Shown here: in pieces, positions 52,997 through 58,592 of the stretch
How positions within the stretch are numbered: position 1 is the stretch's first letter
Layout of the letters: each line of letters opens with the position of its first letter
From: Candidatus Bipolaricaulota bacterium
GTDB lineage: Bacteria; Bipolaricaulota; Bipolaricaulia; RBG-16-55-9
Direction: 5' to 3'
Length of the DNA: 58,592 bases
NCBI GenBank assembly: GCA_026982655.1
Contig: JALSGO010000100.1
Span: 1-58,592, forward strand
Made by a program: the position numbers and the translations under genes
Notes under the pieces: generated by a model
Databases searched by the model: none
Told to the model about the DNA's origin: nothing
The model's input: the letters and a program-made list of their open reading frames with translations, nothing else

Positions 52997-53026
52997 TTGA
53001 CTCCGGGGCGGGAGGCCTCCTATACT
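52997..53026 (+). promoter_or_regulatory. sigma70-type promoter of the lipoprotein/protease pair
   Basis: TTGACT (52997-53002), an 18-nt spacer, TATACT (53021-53026). It is arranged back to back with the 52928-52957 promoter. Confidence 0.6.
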
Positions 53027-53111
53027 CGTTCCTGAGCGACACAACAAGAAACCCTTGGGAAGCCTTAAAGAGAGCGAGAACGAGGAAGAGGAAGGGGAGG
53101 GGATCCATGCC

Positions 53112-53471
53112 ATGCGGAGTATCCGGCAGAGCATCCTCGGCTTCATCGTTTTAGCCAGCTTGACGGCCGTGCTTGGGGGGTGCGCACCGACGTCCCCGTC
53201 CCCCTCGAAGGTCGAGCTCGTCGGACGGCTCCACGTGCTTTGGGGCGATGGTCCCCCGAACTCTCAAAAGTCGACACGCGAGTACTGGCTGAAGGACGAA
53301 GCCAACCGGTGGTATCGGCTCCTCCTCAAGGAGGAGCTGCTGCAGCCCTGGGGAGGGCCTCAAGCCCTCGACGGCCGCTGGATCCGCATCCGCGGCGAGA
53401 TGGTCGACCCGCAAGCTCCTCTCGTGCGGGTCCTTTTCCTGCAGCCCCAGCCGGAGCCATTCCCAACGTAA
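53112..53471 (+). CDS. small lipoprotein homologous to the N-terminal domain of the downstream protease-like protein
   Basis: ATG 53112 follows GGGGAGGGGA. Lipobox LGGC. LVGRLHVLWGDGPP...YRLLLKEELLQPWGG aligns with LVGQLYVLWGDGEP...YRLAISEALLRRWGG of 53493-56195. Confidence 0.65.
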   Translation: MRSIRQSILGFIVLASLTAVLGGCAPTSPSPSKVELVGRLHVLWGDGPPNSQKSTREYWLKDEANRWYRLLLKEELLQPWGGPQALDGRWIRIRGEMVDPQAPLVRVLFLQPQPEPFPT

Positions 53472-53492
53472 GCAGCGAGGTGATCCTACAGC

Positions 53493-56195
53493 ATGACAAC
53501 GAGCACGAAGACCACGCCGACGAAGGGCTCAAGAGGTTCCCTGCTGGGGCGACTTCTTCTCCTCGCCCTTGGGTGGATCGTCTTGGTGGGCACGCCGTTG
53601 GGGAGCCCAGAGGGTGGGGGAGAAGGGTTCGGCAGGGAGCCCACCCCGTCCCCGCCTCCCCCTAGGGGCCAAGGGCAGGATGGGACCGACGTGCTCGTCG
53701 GACAGCTGTACGTCCTCTGGGGCGATGGAGAGCCGGGAAGCGGGGTGCAGCGGACGGAGTTCCGCCTCGTAGACGACCGCCTGCGGACGTACCGCTTAGC
53801 CATTTCCGAAGCGCTGCTACGCCGCTGGGGAGGCCTGCTGCGACTGAATCGCCAGCGGGTGGCCGTCGCGATCGATGCCGCGGCTCGACAGGCGGACGCG
53901 CTGGTGGTGCGCGACCTCACCCCCAAGGCATCCCTCGCCTCCGCCGGCCACCTCCTTCCCCCGGTGACCGGCTCCCAACCTTGGGTGACGATCCTCTGTC
54001 GCTTCGGGGACTCTACGAACGTAACACCCCATCCCAAGACGTGGTTCGAAACGCTCATGGGGAACTCCTACCCCGGGATGGATCACTTCTGGCAAGAGGT
54101 CTCGTACAACCAGATGGACCTTGCCGGTAGCGTCGTGGTGGGGTGGTACGACCTCCCTCAACCCCGGTCGTACTACGTATACGACCGAGACGGGGATGGG
54201 GAGGAGGATCTCGACCACGGACGAGCCATCACGGACTGCACGGCTGCTGCAGACAAGGACGTGTACTTCCCGGACTTTAGGGGGATCAACCTCATGTTTA
54301 ACGAGACGCTAGGCTGCTGTGCCTGGGGCGGGAGCTGGACCCTCAACCGCGATGGGACGGAAAAGCACTACTCGGTCACCTGGATGCCCCCTTGGGGGTA
54401 CGAGACCCAGGGGGTCCTCGGCCAAGAGATGGGCCATGGGTTCGGGCTCCCCCACTCCTCCGGCCCCTACCAGAGCACCTACGACTCCGCCTGGGATGTG
54501 ATGAGTCGCGCTTGGGGTATGTGTCAGAACCCCCATCCTGACTACGGCTGCATCGGGGTTCACACCATTGCCTACCACAAGGACCTATTGGGGTGGATCC
54601 CCCCTTCCCGCAAGTACATCCCTTCCCCGGGGAGCACGCAGATGATCACGCTCGACCGCTTGGCCAACCCTCCCACCTCGACCCGTTTCCTCCTGGCTCA
54701 GATCCCTCTCCCCGGGGGAACGCAGTTCTACACGGTAGAGCTGCGTACCTTCTCCGGGTACGACGTGGAGACCCCCGGCCAAGCCGTGGTGATCCACCGC
54801 GTAGACCCCACACGAGTCGATCGCAACGCCCAGGTCGTGGACGTCGACAACGATCAAGACCCCAACGACGTGGGGGCCATGCTCTTGAGTCGTCCCGTGG
54901 CCGTCCTCTGGAACCAGGGGGAGACCTACACCGACCCGACGATCGGCCTGGAGGTGGAGGTGCTCAGCGAGAGCGCGGGCTCCTTCGACGTGAGGATTAG
55001 CTACAACCCTCCCAGCTGCGACGGCACCGTGGAGGAGGACTTCGAGACCGGGGATCTCTCGAAGTACCCCTGGACCACCGGTGGGGACGGGAGCTGGGCG
55101 GTGGCCAGCGACTTCGCCGATTCGGGGACGTACTCCGCCAAGTCGCCCCCGATCGCGGACAACCAGAGTTCGTACTTGGAGGTCACGCTCGACGTCCAAA
55201 GCGGGGCCATCTGCTTCTCCCGCAAGGTCTCCTCCGAGAGCGGCTACGACTTCCTGGAGTTCTACATCGACGGGCAGAAGGTCGCCTCCTGGTCCGGGGA
55301 CCTCAACTTCGGGCCGGTCGGCCCCTTCGGCGTCACCGCGGGGACGCACACCTTCCGCTGGGTGTACGTCAAGGACTCCAGCGTCAGTGCAGGACAGGAC
55401 GCCGCTTGGATCGACGACATCGATTTCCCCCCGATCGAGACCGGGGGATCGAACCCCACGTCCGCCGTGTTCTCGGTGGCGAACGACGGGACCGTGCGCT
55501 CCGATCGGGCCTACTTCTGCGGCCTCTCTCAAGGGTGCTTCAACGCGGGCCTGGGGGCGGACTTGGCGGAGCGCATCGACGTCACCGAGCCCGTCGAGCC
55601 GGGGGACGTGATCGAGATCGACCCGCACAACCCGGAGCGCTACCGCAAGGCCCGCCAACCCCTCAGCTCAAGGGTGGTGGGGGTGATCGCCACCGCCCCG
55701 GGGATCACGCTGGCCAACTCGCCCGCGGAGCGGCAGGCCCTGGCGGAGCGCTCCCGGAGCGCCCGACTCCTTCGGGCTTCCGGCGTCTCCCCCCACCCCT
55801 GGCTCTCCGCGCTCCTCTCGCCTCCCTATGCCCAGACAGAGCCCCGCGCGAGCGTACACGCGCTCCTCCGTCCCCTTCCCTTCTCCGTCTCCGTGGGAGT
55901 GGGAGCCGGGTTGGCCGAGCTGCTCGACCAACAACGGGAAGCGCGGGTCCTCCTCCGCGTCCTGCCGTTCCTAGGGCCGGGGAGACCCCTGCTGGCCCTG
56001 ATGGGCCGAGTGTACGTCAAGGCGACGACGGAGAACGGCCCCATCGCCCCGGGGGACCTCTTGACGACGGCCTCGAAGCCCGGGTACGCCATGCGCTGTC
56101 CCTCTCCTAAGGCGTGCGTCGGCGCGCTCCTGGGCAAGGCGCTCGAACCCCTCCCCGAAGGCGAGGGGCTCATCGAGGTGCTCCTGTTACGTTAA
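53493..56195 (+). CDS. large secreted zincin-like (M6/InhA-like context) protein with a variant QEMGH site, a MAM/CUB-like jelly-roll domain and the shared C-terminal module
   Basis: ATG 53493 lies 9 nt after GAGGTGA. Has a signal peptide. VTILCRFGDS...YYVYD and GVLGQEMGHGFGLPHS...WDVMS (54423-54455) resemble the M6-type catalytic region, but Gln replaces the first His. YDFLEFYIDG...AWIDDIDF forms the jelly-roll domain. The last ~245 aa form the shared module. Confidence 0.8.
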   Translation: MTTSTKTTPTKGSRGSLLGRLLLLALGWIVLVGTPLGSPEGGGEGFGREPTPSPPPPRGQGQDGTDVLVGQLYVLWGDGEPGSGVQRTEFRLVDDRLRTYRLAISEALLRRWGGLLRLNRQRVAVAIDAAARQADALVVRDLTPKASLASAGHLLPPVTGSQPWVTILCRFGDSTNVTPHPKTWFETLMGNSYPGMDHFWQEVSYNQMDLAGSVVVGWYDLPQPRSYYVYDRDGDGEEDLDHGRAITDCTAAADKDVYFPDFRGINLMFNETLGCCAWGGSWTLNRDGTEKHYSVTWMPPWGYETQGVLGQEMGHGFGLPHSSGPYQSTYDSAWDVMSRAWGMCQNPHPDYGCIGVHTIAYHKDLLGWIPPSRKYIPSPGSTQMITLDRLANPPTSTRFLLAQIPLPGGTQFYTVELRTFSGYDVETPGQAVVIHRVDPTRVDRNAQVVDVDNDQDPNDVGAMLLSRPVAVLWNQGETYTDPTIGLEVEVLSESAGSFDVRISYNPPSCDGTVEEDFETGDLSKYPWTTGGDGSWAVASDFADSGTYSAKSPPIADNQSSYLEVTLDVQSGAICFSRKVSSESGYDFLEFYIDGQKVASWSGDLNFGPVGPFGVTAGTHTFRWVYVKDSSVSAGQDAAWIDDIDFPPIETGGSNPTSAVFSVANDGTVRSDRAYFCGLSQGCFNAGLGADLAERIDVTEPVEPGDVIEIDPHNPERYRKARQPLSSRVVGVIATAPGITLANSPAERQALAERSRSARLLRASGVSPHPWLSALLSPPYAQTEPRASVHALLRPLPFSVSVGVGAGLAELLDQQREARVLLRVLPFLGPGRPLLALMGRVYVKATTENGPIAPGDLLTTASKPGYAMRCPSPKACVGALLGKALEPLPEGEGLIEVLLLR
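55482..55549 (+). repeat. 68-nt segment identical to 22123-22190
   Basis: See the 22123-22190 feature; this is the second copy of that segment. Confidence 0.95.
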
Positions 56196-56198
56196 AGG

Positions 56199-56942
56199 TT
56201 AATCCCAGCGGAAGAGGGCAGCGGCCAGAGCGGTCCCTCCCACCGTGATCCCGCTCAACACGGCGAGGTCTTGGGAGAGGGGCCAGATCCCCTGGCCGAG
56301 CCAGGCGTGCTTCAGGAGGTCGAGCACGTACGTCAGGGGGACGAACTGCGCCACCCCCTTCATAAACGGCGGGAGGAGCTCCCAGGGGATCGCCGTGCCG
56401 CTCAAGAAGATCATCCCGAAGAAGAGGGTGGAGTTGACCGCGTACGTCACCCGGGCCGTGGGGAAGAGGCTTCCCAGCAAGAACCCCAAGGAGAGGAGCG
56501 CGGTCGACCCCAGCGTGAAGGCCCCCCACATCGCCCAGGGGTTGACGGCTGCGCTCAACCCGAAGGAGAACTTGGCGATCCCGATGAGCAACAGGGCAGC
56601 CAGCATCGTCATGGCGTAGACGACGACCCCCTGGGCCAAGAGCACCGCGTAGGGCCGCAGCGGCGTGGCCTGGAACCGTCGGAGGATCCCCCGCTCCCGG
56701 TAGACGGCCAGCGGCCCGCTCAGCGTGTAGATCGCGTTCGAGGCGATCCCGATGGCCAAGGGGATCGGCAGCAGCAGATCGCCTTGCTGGAACCCCCCCA
56801 GTTCCACCCCGGGGTGGGTGCGGAAGATCGCCCCAAACAGAAAGAGGAGCATCGGCAGGAACACGAAGCTGAAGAAGACCGCCTGCCACTCCCTCAGGAA
56901 GAGCAGCATCTCCACCCACGTGAGGTAGAGGAACCCCCGCAT
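56199..56942 (-). CDS. ABC-2 type exporter permease
   Basis: In-frame ATG 56942 lies inside the long ORF 56199-57785. Six hydrophobic segments, MRGFLYLTWVEMLLFLREWQAVFF... The gene lies 5 nt downstream of the ATPase gene. Confidence 0.85.
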   Translation of the reverse strand: MRGFLYLTWVEMLLFLREWQAVFFSFVFLPMLLFLFGAIFRTHPGVELGGFQQGDLLLPIPLAIGIASNAIYTLSGPLAVYRERGILRRFQATPLRPYAVLLAQGVVVYAMTMLAALLLIGIAKFSFGLSAAVNPWAMWGAFTLGSTALLSLGFLLGSLFPTARVTYAVNSTLFFGMIFLSGTAIPWELLPPFMKGVAQFVPLTYVLDLLKHAWLGQGIWPLSQDLAVLSGITVGGTALAAALFRWD

Positions 56943-56947
56943 CGCGA

Positions 56948-57925
<978 letters not shown>

Positions 57926-57986
57926 ACCCGACACGCCCCCATGCCGGGGAGGATTATCGCCCAAAGGACGGGCCTTCGGCAATTCG

Positions 57987-58592
57987 CTACGGCTCCTCGA
58001 AGGAGGCCGGGTCCTCCACCGGCTCGACGTGGATGGTGATGCTCGCCTCCCCCCCTAAAGCCTTTCGGAGTTCGGCCTCGATCTCCTCGCAGAGGTCGTG
58101 GGTCTCCTGGACCGTCCGCTCCCCGGGCACCAGCAGATGAAAGTCGATGAAGCGCTTCCTTCCTGCGCGGCGGGTCCGCAGGCGATGATACGTCACCCGT
58201 CCGTTTTCTGTGTAGCGCTGCAGCACCCGCTCGATTATCCGGAGCTCCTCCGGGGGCAAGGCATAATCCATGAGCCCCCGGGTGGAGCGCTTCAAGAGCT
58301 CCACGCCGGAGACGACGATGTTGAGCGCCACGGCGGTCGCGATGAGGGGATCGAGCCACCACCAGCCCGTAAGGAGCACGGCTCCTAAGCCCCCCACCAC
58401 CCCCGCCGTGGTCCAGACGTCCGTCAAGAGGTGCTTCGCGTGGGCCTCCAGGGTGATGGACTCGTTCCGGCGGGCCATGCGCAGCAGGGCGTAGGCCACG
58501 CCCCCGTTGACGAGGGCGGCCAGGACGGCGATCCCCAGGCCCTCGGGAAGGTCGCTCAAGGGGACAGGGCTGCGAAAGCGCTCCCAGGCCTT
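57987..58592 (-). CDS. cation diffusion facilitator (CDF) family metal efflux protein, 5' end outside window
   Basis: The frame is open to the window edge. TM5/6 region HLLTDVWTTAGVV...WWLDPLIA and the cytoplasmic C-terminal domain FHHLRTRRAGRKRFIDFHLLVP-type block (YHRLRTRRAGRKRFIDFHLLVPG). Confidence 0.85.
   Translation of the reverse strand, partial: KAWERFRSPVPLSDLPEGLGIAVLAALVNGGVAYALLRMARRNESITLEAHAKHLLTDVWTTAGVVGGLGAVLLTGWWWLDPLIATAVALNIVVSGVELLKRSTRGLMDYALPPEELRIIERVLQRYTENGRVTYHRLRTRRAGRKRFIDFHLLVPGERTVQETHDLCEEIEAELRKALGGEASITIHVEPVEDPASFEEP

Overview
This is a GC-rich, gene-dense bacterial chromosomal window with about 50 protein genes on both strands. I recognised no rRNA, tRNA, CRISPR array, transposase, integrase or phage gene by eye. 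Genes carry strong GGAGG-type ribosome-binding sites and frequent ATGA/GTGA start-stop overlaps. Several near-consensus TTGACx-17/18-TAxxxT promoters sit only 6-9 nt from a start codon (leaderless-type).

Housekeeping content:
- Enzymes and repair: acyl-CoA dehydrogenase, eIF-2B-family protein, CinA-like protein, FabG-like SDR, Lnt, PhoH, PgpH-like HD protein, MutL and a PPTase.
- ABC importers: two family-5 peptide/nickel-type operons that lack ATPase genes, and one AapJQMP-like amino-acid system.
- Other transport: an ABC-2 exporter, an MFS transporter, a CDF transporter and a TetR-MMPL cluster.

The accessory-looking content is an unusually dense set of secreted or membrane-anchored proteins:
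- (i) A translationally coupled PQQ sugar dehydrogenase and copper radical oxidase pair.
- (ii) A split cluster of membrane-anchored DUF3105 proteins (one fused to a canonical C2H2 zinc finger), a cupredoxin, a YVTN beta-propeller, a CxxC membrane protein, CcdA and TlpA.
- (iii) An ECF sigma/anti-sigma-headed operon of DUF4384/PKD/CARDB proteins that ends in a 1285-aa S8 protease.
- (iv) Two large metalloprotease-like proteins.

The most striking signal is a roughly 230-250 aa, four-cysteine, bipartite C-terminal module of unknown function. It is shared by three unrelated secreted enzymes 16 and 33 kb apart and shows mosaic runs of perfect nucleotide identity (109 nt and 68 nt), which suggests a recombining 3' cassette. 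A second recurring theme is that both giant proteases are preceded by small genes that duplicate their own N-terminal pro-domain.

All domain calls come from motif recognition by eye; no database search was possible.
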